63,712 bases of DNA, filler included, from Rhabdomonas costata (GCA_019059605.1; 33 parts of 33 records of this genome joined end to end with filler, not necessarily neighbours in it); one strand, 5' to 3'; numbered from the whole stretch's first letter, positions 37,391 to 50,175 are shown. Numbers and translations: made by a program. The notes: generated from the letters alone by a model not told the origin.

Positions 37391-37638
37391 ACGACCCGTA
37401 CCCTGAGACCCTGCGGCACGTAATGATAACCCGGATGATGAGCTACTCCCAGTTTTCGCAGAACCTCACCGGGATGACCACTTTCGTGGGAGTGGGCTCC
37501 GGGGTTTTCCTGGGGGTGTACTCTGATGTGGATTCGGGTCAGCTGCTTTGGGCGATCAGCTGCAATGAGACGGGGTACCATCAGGTGGGTTGGCCTGCCA
37601 CCGAGCTGGTGAAGGACTGCGAGAGCTGCCCAGAGGCT
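37391..37638 (+). CDS. Internal exon, possibly a receptor (Cache-like) ectodomain
   Basis: GC-rich exon after a CAG acceptor: DDPYPETLRHVMITRMMSYSQFSQNLTGMTTFVGVGSGVFLGVYSDVDSGQLLWAISCNETGYHQVGWPATELVKDCESCPE. It has an FVG..SG.FxG beta-hairpin and N-glycosylation sequons (NLT, NET). The donor position is uncertain. Confidence 0.5.
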
Positions 37639-40637
37639 GTGCACGGGCTGTGAAGGAAGGACGACTGGAAGAAGTTTTACGCCAACCGCTCTATGGGACC
37701 CGGCCACTACAACATCTCTAATACGGTTGCCCATTTTCTTTTGCTGTGAGAAGGGACTGTGACTGAGACTGATCTGAGCTGTAAACTGCTTTTAGCTGCA
37801 ATTTTGGATCCACTTCGACCATGCTAGGGAGGGATACTTAGAGTGAGTGTGAACTTTGGGCGCATTCGTAAGAGCAAAACTTGTAAGTGCTTGTGGTACT
37901 GAAGCAACAATGGTAATGCTCATAGTGATGCTGGTAATGGTGGTTGTAATAGTAATAGTAATCGAAATGTAATCGAAATGTAATCGAAATGCTGATAGTA
38001 ATGGCGATTTTACCCCCTAGTTCCTCGAAGTATTGTGGAATTGTGTTGAAATCATGTTTCGGCGTGGGTAAGGCGATTGAGTCCCAGAAGCCCCGCCAAT
38101 CCATCACAGAAGTACTGCCACTAGCCACTCGATCTCACCGTCTGAGGTCAGTATGTGGTCCTTGGTCAGATCTTGTCATACGATACGGGGTGCCCCCCAT
38201 TTTTCAGGTGCCCCAAAGCAGCGTTTATAAAGAACTGCTGCGATAGGAATAGCAACAGCAATAGTAGAATTAAACGTAATGAAGTACCGGGCACCTTCCT
38301 CTCAGAAATAGGGATTTCTGATTTTGAACGGTTTTCAATTACAGCCACCTGCTAACCAAGACACACCACCTTTATCTACTATCCGGTAGTATTCCAGAAT
38401 GTTGCAGAATTCGGGGTGGGGTGGGGGGGGGGTGGTTGAAATTTCTCGCAGAGGCGCAAAAACGAGACTTTTCTTTCATTTGACTGAGAACAATGACAAT
38501 TGCATATACCACATTCTGCTGTCTAACTAACCTAATTTCTTTTGAAAAAAGTCCTTTTACCGCTACGCCCTGCATACCAAATCNNNNNNNNNNNNNNNNN
38601 NNNNNNNNNNNNNNNNNNNNNNNNNNNTTAATTAATTAANNNNNNNNNNNNNNNNNNNNNNNNNNNNNNNNNNNNNNNNNNNNCGTTTTGGTGGGATCTC
38701 CCGGCCAACCGCCAACGGGGATTTGGGGTGAGGCCCCTCTGCCTCCACCCGCAGCTCGGGTGGTTGGGGGTTACCAATTGCTTCCCTTCGTGAATACACT
38801 GCCCGGTTGGAGAAAGATTCTGCTGCTCTTCTCATTTGTACACTGGCTTTTCGAAGTTAGCGTCGCAAACCGTTGACGTCGGATGTGTAGATGTATTCCT
38901 CAGCTTCCGGTATGGTGTGCCTTGGGGGCGGGAGGCGAACGCTAAGGACTCGAGCAGCAAGAGCTTTTGTCGCCGATGGTTACCCACGGTAGAGGTCAGA
39001 AAAGTTCCTCCGCAAAGGAAGCACTTGTGTCCCGTTCGGCTTGGTCGCTGGACTTTTGCGAGGGGTTGAGCTTGATGTCTTTTTAAACCCTCGAGAGGAA
39101 GATGGAGGATCAGGCTTTTGAAGCGCACATGGAATCTAATTCAGTCATTCAGTAATTTTTATAACGCTTTGCCATCCAAATTAAATCCGGTCTATGAGGA
39201 ATTATGTGTGGGAGGGGGGTCGGGTTGGTAACTGTACCAGTAGCATACGAAAGGTTGGAATTTTTTTTTGCTACAATTGAGTGTCAGTTCATTGTAAATG
39301 AGATTTGCACAGTGGTGTTCGGGCTACCTGCATCATGCCTTTACCCGCCGCTGGTGTCAAGACGTTGTCTCTGCGTGGTTGCGTGACCCACGGGACCCTT
39401 GTCTGGCTCCTGTTTGTGCGGGCAATGCGGCCACATTTCGCGTTGAAAAGGAGGCCCTCGCATTGGAGATTCCACCACGCGAGTCAAGTAGGCGGTTGAG
39501 CCGGGAGAGTCCATCAGGCTGGCTATGCTCCTTTTGGCACTACTAACCGATTAGCTAACTAATGGTCCGAATCGCTCACATTTTTCGGGGGGAGGGGGGC
39601 GGTATATTCTGGACACAGCAGTTAGTTACGCTTGCTGCTCTTGAGCCCTCTCAAAGGGCGTATTGAAAGATTACCAATTACCCCCCTTTAAGTGAGGGTC
39701 TTGTTAGCTTTCCCCGCTGTCGTTTCTATTGGTGGGGCAGGGTTGGGTCAATTATGACATTCGCAGGGTTGGCCACTATTTTTAAGCTCTTAAAAAAACT
39801 TAAATTACCGCAAAGAAATATCGTAAAAAAAAAACGTCAAAATTTTCGGACGTAAAAGATAATGTAGAAATCGATCTTTGGCCTCCTGCGAGACAGGCGT
39901 GGCCGCGGTGTGGGGGCAGGAAATTTTTTATAGGTCTTTGGCCTCTCCGCACGCCTTGTTGGCAACGTGTTGTGTTGTGTTCATTATAAAGCATATATAC
40001 TGCCTCCTGCATGGTGCCACGGTGAATAATTTTGTTTCGCGGTCTTGGCTTTTGTGTATTTACAACGCAGCAACAGTAGTGATGTCTTACAGCGGAGAAT
40101 TGGTCAACGAGTGAAGTTCATGAGCCACCAAGAACTGGAGCACCACACCAGCACCACCTAGGACGATACAATACTCTGTGAACGCAATAAGACAACCTGT
40201 CCAGCTCAGTTACATGTTGCAGACCCATACACAAAGTTCAGATTCACTCTCCCGCAGATCAAAAGGAATACGAGAACCCTCAAGCACAACGACAACAATG
40301 CGACGCACCAGTGAATTATTCCCCCCCCCCAACAGCATTTCCACACCCATGCACCAAAGAACTCGTATCACTTTCTCCTCCTCCTTTAAACGAATAGTTT
40401 GAATCGTAGTGAAAGCATGGGCCGTGTATCCCTTGTCCGACGGACGCGATAGACGCTTTTTTGTATTTCATTTTGTTTTTGTATCCCTAGAATTGGACAA
40501 TCGTCAATCAAAACACCNNNNNNNNNNNNNNNNNNNNNNNNNNNNNNNNNNNNNNNNNNNNTTAATTAATTAANNNNNNNNNNNNNNNNNNNNNNNNNNN
40601 NNNNNNNNNNNNNNNNNGTGGTGGGGTAAGCCTTCAG

Positions 40638-41296
40638 GGGCAGTCGTACACCGGGGAAAGCGCCTTCATTGGGTGCCGTCCTGTGGCCGTGTGTGGGGGT
40701 GGGGTGGGCCTGCTGTACATGCTGCCGTTCAGCTCGGACCAGAGCACGGTACTGGGCTTCACCATTGCGGCGGCCAATGAAGTGAATGAGGTACTCTTCG
40801 CTGAGTCCAACGACAACTCCAGCCTCGTGATTGTAAATCCCGTGTCCCCCGGGGTGATCCTTACGGCACCCAGCCCCGGGTGCCGGGGATCGCTGTGCAC
40901 GTACGACCCCGCGGCGGCTGCGGCGGTGAGCAGTGTGAATCGCACTGCTCTGAATGTCCTTGGGTCTGCGGGGTACGGCAAGGTTCTTGCGGCCAGCTGG
41001 GCCATGCCCAACCTGAACGCCTCGCTGGTGCTGGAGATCTCCATGGATGAGATTCGCGAGGACATCCTGAAGCAGCTTGGCAAGGAGGGCATGCTGATCA
41101 ACGCAAACCTGAACGGCTCCACGGAGCTTCTTCTAGCCCGCTCTGCTGTTGTGAATGGGACGGAGGGGTTCACGTTCCTGACCACGCCGAAGTACTACGA
41201 CAGCGCGTGCCACCCGAAATGCCCCGGCCCATCGACGGCGATGCTACATGCTGTGGTGCAGTGCCAGACGGGCAGCGGGTTCATGATGGACTACCG
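40638..41296 (+). CDS. Extracellular sensor region with tandem Cache-like repeats, 659-nt internal exon
   Basis: Exon bounded by CAG and GT, with three copies of a G.(D/S)Y.G..VxA......xxLVL motif (GQSYTGESAFIGCRPV...GVGLLY; GSAGYGKVLAASWAMPNLNASLVLEISMDEI; CQTGSGFMMDYR). It also has many NxS/T sequons and Cys pairs. Confidence 0.7.
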
Positions 41297-42787
41297 GTAT
41301 GGCGCAGCAGATTTTCTCTCGGTTTTCAATTGTTTTTGGCGGTCTTTAGCGTTTTTTTTTGTGTAATTGAAGAACATTCAGAAAAATGGCTTTCTTTCCC
41401 TTTTTGGTTTGTCCCACCGCTCCAGGGGCACGCAGTTGTACTTTTTGCAGTGGTTTTGAGCGGCTTCAGCCTTGACATGTCTGTTGTTGGAGCCTGCTTT
41501 TTTCATGTCGTGTGCACTCTGTGTTTTTCTCAGTAACGTTTCCGTTCTGGCGGCTTACGTTTGCCTTCCTCGGCTGGGCGCAGGTTTGCTTACCAGCATA
41601 TTTTTGCTCTCTGTTTCAGACAGAACTCAGTAGAACTTCAACTTGGAAACGCGGTCCCCTTTCGCTTCGCATTTCTTTCTCTTATTGCTTTTATGTGATT
41701 GCAGAGGTTTTCACACGGCGCCCACCAATCGTCGGGGGCCTCACCGGAAATGTGGGGATAGGAGCACTGTTTTGACCCGAAACATCACCCTATTCGCTGG
41801 GTGACAAATTCCATGGTCACTCCTGGACTGAGCATTCGGACGGGACCTGACGGGACCTAACATTGATCTCAGAGCTCGAGTCAGAGTGAGTGGGGTATCC
41901 AGCCCCCTCGAAGAACTTTTGGCCGCCTCGTCCTGGTGCAAATGTGGCGTGCTGAATTCCGATTTTCGTTTTTCTTTAAGGACCGACAACATTTATTGTT
42001 AAAATTCGGACGTTAGCTCAACCTGGGGTAGCGTTAAGGTAAGGGAACCCGTAATTGCATTGGTCCCAGCCATAGTGTTGCGGTACATGTCAGAGCTCGT
42101 CGCATCCGGGTTGGGGAGGGAGGGGGGGTAGCTGGATCCTCCGCACCGGCAGGTGACGGCGAGCTTGCCTTCCTGCTAACAACATTGCATTGGACTTAGT
42201 GCTGCGCTTGGGAAACCGCCTGGTCAGGTCGTATTCTTCAAGTCGTCCGTCTGGGCGAAGATTCTGGGGCTTTACTGTCCTCCGGGATGCACTCCGCCTC
42301 GACTGAGAGAAGGAGTACGTAGCCTCTACGATCCAAAACCTTTCCACCCCACCCCACCCTACCTGAGCGAGTATCATCTTCAACGATCCGGCTCTACCAC
42401 AGACCCTGACCTCCTACTCTACAGCTCTTTGGCATTTCCACACCCCACAANNNNNNNNNNNNNNNNNNNNNNNNNNNNNNNNNNNNNNNNNNNNTTAATT
42501 AATTAANNNNNNNNNNNNNNNNNNNNNNNNNNNNNNNNNNNNNNNNNNNNGGGGTGGTGGACTGATGGCGGATGACGGTGGGCTCTGTTCGGGAGCTTTC
42601 TCCCCTAAGCTTCGTTCATTGTGTGGGGGCGCAACTTCCTTGGAGTCAAATAGCATGGGTATTCGGATACTTTTCTGTTCCCATTAGCAGTTACGATTTG
42701 GCTACCCGCGGTCCGAACTTGACTCGGCCCTTTCGTGGTTTACCTCCCCATAAACGACCTAACTCTTTCCCTTCTGACTTTGACCAG

Positions 42788-43891
42788 GGTGCTTTGTGAG
42801 GTTGAAGAGGAGCAGGCTCGGCTGACCTTGACCCAGCAGCGCAACCACTTCGTTACAGCGGAGATTCCGTTCTTCCTCGACGAGACCCGCTCTCGGGTTG
42901 GTCTTGCCGTGGAGCACCGCCAGGAATGGGCAGGGCTGGCCCTGCACGGGCTTGGTTTGCTGGAGATGACCATAAGGGAAGCTCTGGAGTTCGAGCAGGC
43001 CCTGGTGGGGCTGTATGCGGCAGAAGAGGCCCAGAGGCTGGCTGTGGTGCGAGCCTGGCAGTGCTGGTAATGTGGAGGGAGGTGAAGGCATGAAGGGGTT
43101 CTTTCTTTTTGTAATGGCAACCTTTTCCTCCGAAAAAAGCACTTTTCCTTCTCTTCTGCACATGAAAACCCCTCCGACCGCCCTGCTTTGGCAGGATCTG
43201 GTTCCCGGCCGTTTGGTTTCGGCGGCTTGTTGTATTGCGAATAGTTTTGCCTATTAGTCTCGCTTTTGGGGTGAGGTCGGCCTTGCCTCTCTTTGCAAAT
43301 CTTAGGCACAGCAGCACTTCCCTGTGGGATGGAGTCCTCCGCGAGCACCAGGATGCTCTCGCTGCAGGGGTGGCGCAGGAAGAAGCCAGGGCCCGGCCAT
43401 TTCTTGCCGACTGGGAGGCAAGGGACCGCGTCCAGCTGGAGCTCCTTTTGCTCGATAGCTGGGAGAGTGCCTGCCGGCAGACTCTGTTAGAGGAAGGGCT
43501 AAGGTATGATGCCTGCAATTGTATCACGAGCTTCTGGTTTGGAAGACTCTTTTCTCGTTTCTCTCCATGAAATTTCAGGATTGGACGCAGATGGATTGTA
43601 CGTGTGGAGTGAGAGCCGACTTAGGGCGAACCCAAAGTGAACCCAATTTTTTTCATTCTCCAGAATGGCAGTTAAATTCAGCTGCTTCGTGCTTCGGGTG
43701 CTTCGCGTTTGCCGTGTCGCTAGGGTTGGGCCAACTATCATATTCTGTTTGAAGGTTTTCGTTCATCCTCAAAGGTCCTTGGACAATGCTGTTGGCTTGT
43801 GGAACTCGACGGTCGCCCTGATGTCCCATGAGTCGATCCAGAGAGCAGAGCTTCTGGAGCTGGAACTGGGCGTCCGTCATTCCAGCCTTAG
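42788..43891 (+). CDS. Hypothetical coiled-coil protein with EExxxR-type repeats, partial, 3 exons
   Basis: Exons 42788-43066, 43306-43503 and 43775-43891, all with phase-2 GT-AG junctions. Recurrent motifs EEEQAR, DETRSR, EEAQR, EEARAR, WESACR, HESIQR. Confidence 0.75.
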
Positions 43892-44104
43892 GTGGGCGTT
43901 TCTCCTCGCCCCCCCCCCTTCGCCTCTGTCTTCTGTGACGGTGGCGGTTGTTTGTTCACAGCCCTGCGAAGGCGAAAACGTGGCCTGCCTTAACCACTGT
44001 CCCTTGAACTAAATGGTCTCAAGCAAAAGGGTAGGGCAGGGTACCTCTCTGGTACCTCTCCGCTGTACTTTCTCGGCTCTTGTAAAGTTATGTGTGAGGG
44101 GTGT

Positions 44105-44367
44105 ACCCGGCACCAGTGGTACCTGGGTTCGCCTGTTTTTATAAAGCGGTGATTGATGGATGCGGATGATTCCATGATGCCTTGTGCCACAGAACGCAGG
44201 TATGCTAATCCTGATTCTCATCCTTGGTGTTTTGGGTTAGGTCGCGATGCACGTGTCCCCTGGAATTCCAACTGAATACTCACAGGGGGTTAGGTGACGA
44301 TGGATGTGTCCTTTGGGATATAGAAACTTTGGAGTCGGTAGGTTACCGGGTAACACTGGTGCCGGGT
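44105..44367. repeat. 263-bp segment bounded by 19-bp inverted repeats with 1 mismatch (MITE-like)
   Basis: acccggcaccagtggtacc (44105-44123) versus ggtaacactggtgccgggt (44349-44367). No target-site duplication was recognised. Confidence 0.45.
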
Positions 44368-44489
44368 CGTCCCACAAAACAAANNNNNNNNNNNNNNNNN
44401 NNNNNNNNNNNNNNNNNNNNNNNNNNNTTAATTAATTAANNNNNNNNNNNNNNNNNNNNNNNNNNNNNNNNNNNNNNNNNNNNGTTGGG

Positions 44490-46067
44490 GGTGCTGAGCG
44501 GAGCACCGGGCAAAACTTTCCATGGTGTGGGCCCACGCGGCTGCCTCACGGGTGTCCTGACCAAGCCGCGCCTCGCCGGGGTCCACTGGCAAAGGGGGGT
44601 ACCACGGCAGCGCCTGGTGCCCAACCGTCCTCTCCTGTTAGGAAAGCCAAACGACAACTCATCGGTGGATGAAGCGAGAGACAGGTAAAACGTATATATG
44701 CTCGAACCGCGGAGCATCCAAAGCGCGACAACGTCGAATGAATGGAAGTAGGACAAAAAGAGAAGTCAAACAGAAACTGCTCAATCAGATGAAAGCAAAC
44801 CAGATTTTGGAATGCTGTGTGTGCAGCATCAGATTTAACAACATCAGGTGCGGATAAAAAGAAAAACGCCTGCCAGTCTTGCCCATGGAACTGCGGAGAG
44901 GTGGGTGTGGAGAATGAGAGATTGGGGATGGGGAAGCGAACCTCCAGGCGCCTCTCCTCAGCCTCCCGATGCACTCGCAGGGCCTCCAGAGCCTGGGTTT
45001 GCCTCTGCTGCTGGAGAGCCGCCTCGGCCTCCCGCACGGAACGGCTGTTGAAGCCCACCCCCTCGGCTTTGCTGCAAAGCGGTACTTCAGAAAAGCATTT
45101 CTGGTGAGAAGCCACCAGGCAGGACACTTCCATACTCGATTGCCTGCAAGCTTGGAGCTTGCTTCTTGTAAAGAGACAACGCTCGCGTGACACTGGGTTA
45201 CAGTGATTGCCGCGACTACGGAAGTGCAGGGAAGCATCAAGGAGTCGGAGGCTTTTTGGAGGGTGGGGAGGGGGAGAGAATGCAGTCGACGGGTTGGCTC
45301 GAGTGGCCTTGATGGTTTAGTTAGAGCTGTGCGTCAGATTTTCATGGCTAGATACACTCGCACCAGTCTCAGCCATTCACAAAAACTGCCTCTGTACTGA
45401 CCGCAGTGATTTTTCGACAGCGATGCACAGCAAAAAGGCTCGTCATACTGACCACCCACGGTAAACCCGAACCGCTAAACCACAATTCCCTTTCGGTGGT
45501 GCCATCCATATTCGCCGTTGCAAACCCCCACACACACACACACACACACCCTTCCTCGATGGTGGCGGCCAGCCTTCTCTCCAGCTCGGCGGTGATCCTG
45601 CGGTGCTCCTGCTCCACAACCTCGGGGTCCCTGCAGCTCTGCTCCTGCTCCTCCTCTTCCACCCCAACCTCTACGCCGCGGTACCCGCCACGAGCAGGCC
45701 CCCGTTTGGGAGAGCGCGCCACCGAGCTACGAGCGGCCTCCTCATAAGCCTTAATCCGCAGCCACTCCTCCTCCTTCCGCTTCATCAGCTGCCAGCCACC
45801 CCCCGATGTGTCGGCGTGCGTTCGTGAGACTGCTTCGCACATAAGCGAGTGCCTCGGGCGTGTTGCCATCGCCCTCCACGGATGCCGAAAATTCCTGATG
45901 GAAATGAACAAACCCGCAACTCAAAGCCCCATCCGCCAGTACCTGGGAGTGAAGGTCCGCCTCATACATCGCCCTGACCTCCCGACTGCAGAGCACTTCC
46001 ACAATGTGCCCGTTGCGCAGTTGAGATTTCCGGCGCCGTTGCTGCTGCTGCCGCACTGCCGGGCTCA
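44490..46067 (-). CDS. Hypothetical coiled-coil protein, partial, 4 exons
   Basis: Exons 46067-45943, ~45789-45551, ~45044-44942 and 44634-<44490 with phase-compatible GT-AG junctions. Peptide: EVRAMYEADLHSQ/LMKRKEEEWLRIKAYEE...ELERRLAATIEEG/RSVREAEAALQQQRQTQALEALRVHREAEERRLE/ERTVGHQ. Confidence 0.7.
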
Positions 46068-46586
46068 CTGCGAGGCGAGGTGAGGGGTGCAATCCATATC
46101 CACCCTCACACTCGAACTCTAACCAAAACCGCACATTGCGGACATGCGACGTGCTCTTCGGTGGAAATGAGGCCGGAGTAAACGCCTGCCCTCGTAAGAC
46201 TTTTGACGGTAGCTGGTGAATTTAACTTCGGGGAAGGTGGTGGTGGTGGGCGTTTTATACTGCTATGTTTTTCCAATCCCCCCCCCCCTAAACATAGCAT
46301 CAACGAAAAACAAACCNNNNNNNNNNNNNNNNNNNNNNNNNNNNNNNNNNNNNNNNNNNNTTAATTAATTAANNNNNNNNNNNNNNNNNNNNNNNNNNNN
46401 NNNNNNNNNNNNNNNNTTTGGTTCTCCTCATCTCGCGTTCCATTGTCCATTTTAACCATTCGTCTGCATCCGGTGCGCAATTCTCGCGCTCACCTTCTGC
46501 CCGATCATCCTCCAGCTCTTCTGTCCACTGTGCCCACCTCCACGCCGTTGTCCTTGCCCATGTTTCTGCCCTCCCATCACCCCTGG

Positions 46587-47617
46587 TCAGGCTGCGAACG
46601 ACCTTGGGGGCGTCGGCCTCTGCTCTCTGGCTGCCTCACTCTGGCCATCCTCCAAGACGGAACGCCGAGGTGGTAATTTCCGTTTTGTCTTGGGTGACGA
46701 TTGTTCCGGTTCTGATGGCTCCGGAAGATGCGAGCTTGTCGGGCCCTGCACCCGCGGCGCGCCAGGATCTCCCCCTGTACTGTCCCCAGGACAACTCCCA
46801 TCACTAATACTCTCCTTGTGCATCGCTTTCTCCACCTTGGCCTTCACCGACTCCTTTTTCTTTTGAAAGCAACCGCACCCCAAGAACCTCCACAAGCAGA
46901 AACGCAGAATGCCGAAACGTCAGCAAGCATCGGTTCGGTTCAGAGGCAGTGGGTGCCCCAAAATAAATGATGCGCAGCAGCATAGAGATATAACTCAGCC
47001 GATTCCCATTAAAAAGCGGTGTGAAAACCACTGCGCATATCTTTTAAGATTATTCAAGGTCCCAAGTTCAAAATGAATTGAACAGTTCATCTGAAAGCGT
47101 ACGATGACTAAACAAGACATGACACACTTGTAAACAAAAGGCCCAGTGAAGAAACCAGGTGGCAACATTCGCAATGTGCAATCCATCAGAAAGTATTGAG
47201 TGTCCGATATAAAAATGTCTCAATATGATTGTTGACTAAAATACAGGATTTTGCCCCCGCATACCGTACCTCCGGGTCCCAAGGTTTGAACAACTTTTTA
47301 TTAAAAAAAATAATATTGGGACATTTTATATGGGAGACCCGGTAGATGGGCAAGGTTGGTGCATACATGTTCTTCTTCTTCTTTTGGTTCTGAAGGGGTG
47401 ACATATAAAGCCTCCCCAATCGTCAAGTACACCCGGAAACAAAGAGGCGGAACTACTCGTTCCCGTCATCTCCTCATACCAATCGGTGGGTGACTAGGAC
47501 TTGTTTGGGTTCGAGCGAACCGGAAAACCTGGCACGGCAGCCACTGCGTCGGTTTCCTACCATCTGGCTTCACCTCAAACGCCAAGTTATGGGGTGTTGA
47601 AGGATCCAATTGTGCTT
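46587..47617 (-). CDS. Possible last exons of a low-complexity hypothetical protein
   Basis: Candidate exons 47617-47529 (EAQLDPSTPHNLAFEVKPDGRKPTQWLPCQ) and ~46860-46587 (KKESVKAKVEKAMHKE...PPRSFAA*). No homology was recognised. Confidence 0.3.
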
Positions 47618-48961
47618 CTGAAGGAAGGTCGACGTTATCGACATTCCATCAGAGAAAACCATTTCCTTGGCGCAGCAGCGGCCCACAGCCGAGTTCTGTG
47701 CTTTCAGTTTGATGAAGCAATCACAGTTGTGTAAGGAGGGGGTGGGGAGGACAAAACAACAAACCGTGTCAGCCGTGCAATGCGCAGAATTGCGAACCGT
47801 CCGCAGCCACGTACGGGCACTCAAGATAAGCAAAATATGGCTTTATCGAACTGCAAAATGACACCACAACAGAGACCGTTGGAATCTTCGCGGCGAGGGG
47901 AGCGGGGAGAGGGCGGTCACCCGCACTTCGCGGATCGTGCCGTAGGCCTTTGCTGCTCAGGCGCATTTTTCAAAAAGCTCATACCTGACATCCATCCTCA
48001 AAGAACTAGAACAGACGAGGCACTATGCACTTCCTCTTTCACTTCAACGGACACGTTGAGAGACATTTCAAAAAAAAAAAAAGGAGACACTTTGAATCGG
48101 CACAGTCAACGCCATCCACTCTAATTCAAAACGCTCTCCGACAGATCAGCCGACCAAACCTCCCGTGCATGACTAAAAACGAAACAGGGTGCTCCTTTAA
48201 AAATGAAAGGAAAAAGGATGAGACTAAGAAAAAGCCCAACAAACCCAACNNNNNNNNNNNNNNNNNNNNNNNNNNNNNNNNNNNNNNNNNNNNTTAATTA
48301 ATTAANNNNNNNNNNNNNNNNNNNNNNNNNNNNNNNNNNNNNNNNNNNNGGGTGTTGGTATAGCGATCGCCTAACGGTGCGCTGTTTGGACTTCCTGGTC
48401 CCCACTGCTCTTTGTGCGAGGGAAGCCTGTCCTTACACCTACCTCACACCTCACATCTGACAAAATGCCCAATGCTTCGTTGCTAGAAAGGCTACTCCAT
48501 TGTACAGCGGGATTCAGTCTTAAGCACAGGGGCTCTCCTCTTATTAAAATCGAGCTTCGCCGTATGCCGTGGCTACACGCCGATATAGGAAGCTGACAAA
48601 AAACTGCGAAACCGTGGCAACATTTAGTTGAGAGACAGGTTTCCTTTTTCTTAGACGGATTTCACCCACCCAAAAAAAAAGCAGAAAAACAGCAATGCGA
48701 AATGATTACACCCAATAATTGCTCAACTGAGCAGAAACTAAGCCACTTTAGAGAAATAAACTCTTTGAATTCACGCTGCAGCCAAACGCACACACTTTAC
48801 TCTCCTTCCTTCCTCCTTCGTGGTTGTCCAGTACACTTCCCCCTCTCCCCCTCCCAATTTCCATCATCATGGTCCCTAATAAATGAATTTCCTCCCTCGT
48901 TCCTGCCTCGAACATCTGGACACATTGGGAAACAGTGTGGGGAGTGAAATCATACTCAGAC

Positions 48962-50099
48962 TGCAGCGGATCAAAGTTAGGGTCAATTTCCCAGTCGTAG
49001 TTCCACAACCCAGACTGAACCACTGAAGATCGGAAGCGAGGGAAGTTCAGGGTCCAGTTGCCCATGTACCGCCCAACCTGTTCAGATATGGCGTTCCGCA
49101 GAAGCGAAGCCACCAACTTGTTCGCCGATTCAACACCACACCAAACAATCCATGCTCAGGCTGACCGCCGAAGTAACCGTAACTATTGGTAACGGTCAAC
49201 AGCGATAACCATTTTTTCGATTGGACTGCACATTATTAAAATTGACCTGTGCAGCCTACTGTTAAACTAATGCCGTCCCACTCGCCCCCCCCCCCCAATA
49301 CCAGTTCTTTGCCAACATAACATTTGACGTACAAACCAAAAAATGCACATTTATGGAACAGGTTACCTGACCCCTTGGTTCAAAAACACTTTCAGGGTTC
49401 TGTCATCATATTCTTTTTTCAAGTTACGATACCACAATGTTTTGTTACAATGAAGAAAGGATCAGGGAGGTTTTGAATAACCGACTGAGGTGCGTCACGC
49501 ATCTAAACAAATAAATCAAGAAGTAAAGTGTGAGGGGAGACCGAGGGAGTGGCGGGAGAGAGGAGCACAACAACAAAGTTTTGGTCAGTTCCCGCCCAGT
49601 TGTGTGTTACCAATGTTAACGATTGCCAGTGGTGATCGTGACCGATCCCCCACCCCAATACAACGTCGAATGGGCGCACTTCACGCACGCCAGGACGGGG
49701 AGGGGGATTGCAATGCATTATGTAAAATTTTTGGACTTGTAAAAACTCAACAGCATGTGTGTATCAATTAAAAACTGTAAGGACTCTCCGTTGTGTGTGT
49801 GTGTGGGGGGTGATGAGGACTTAGCCATGCGAACACGTATATTTACCTCTTGTGGCATGAACGCGATACGAAGAATCGCAACAAGGGGGAGCGGGTAAAC
49901 GAGGGGGGGGGGTGGACAGGACCGTGTCCAAGTCCAGGCACTTGTCTAAATAGAAGACGAAGTTGATCACCATCGGGTTCTTCGGGGAGTCGTTGCGGAA
50001 CCAAAACACGTCGAAGTAGGAGAGGTGCTTCTCCTCGGGGCGGCGGGTGTCAGCCACCGAGGCTGAAGTACTCTTTCCCGTGGAATCCTTGGCGGGCAT
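48962..50099 (-). CDS. Wax ester synthase/diacylglycerol acyltransferase (WS/DGAT, WSD family), first 2 exons
   Basis: Exons 50099-49923 and 49077-48962 with a phase-0 GT-AG intron. Peptide: MPAKDS...KHLSYFDVFWFRNDSPKNPMVINFVFYLDKCLDLDT/VGRYMGNWTLNFPRFRSSVVQSGLWNYDWEIDPNFDPL. This matches the WS/DGAT N-terminus (LS..D..W.R.D...NPMxI ... FPRFR..V ... W..DP.FD). Confidence 0.88.
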
Positions 50100-50135
50100 T
50101 TTTGTCACCGAGAGTCGGATGCGTCGCGAAAAAAC

Positions 50136-50175
50136 CTGCGAGTGCTCTGGCACTCGGGGAGGAAATGGAGAAAGG
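50136..50175 (-). promoter_or_regulatory. Polypyrimidine tract plus CAG acceptor upstream of the WS/DGAT start (possible spliced-leader trans-splice site)
   Basis: Minus strand reads cctttctccatttcctccccc...ctcgcAG, with the AG 36 nt before the ATG. It cannot be distinguished from a 5'UTR cis-intron acceptor. Confidence 0.4.
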
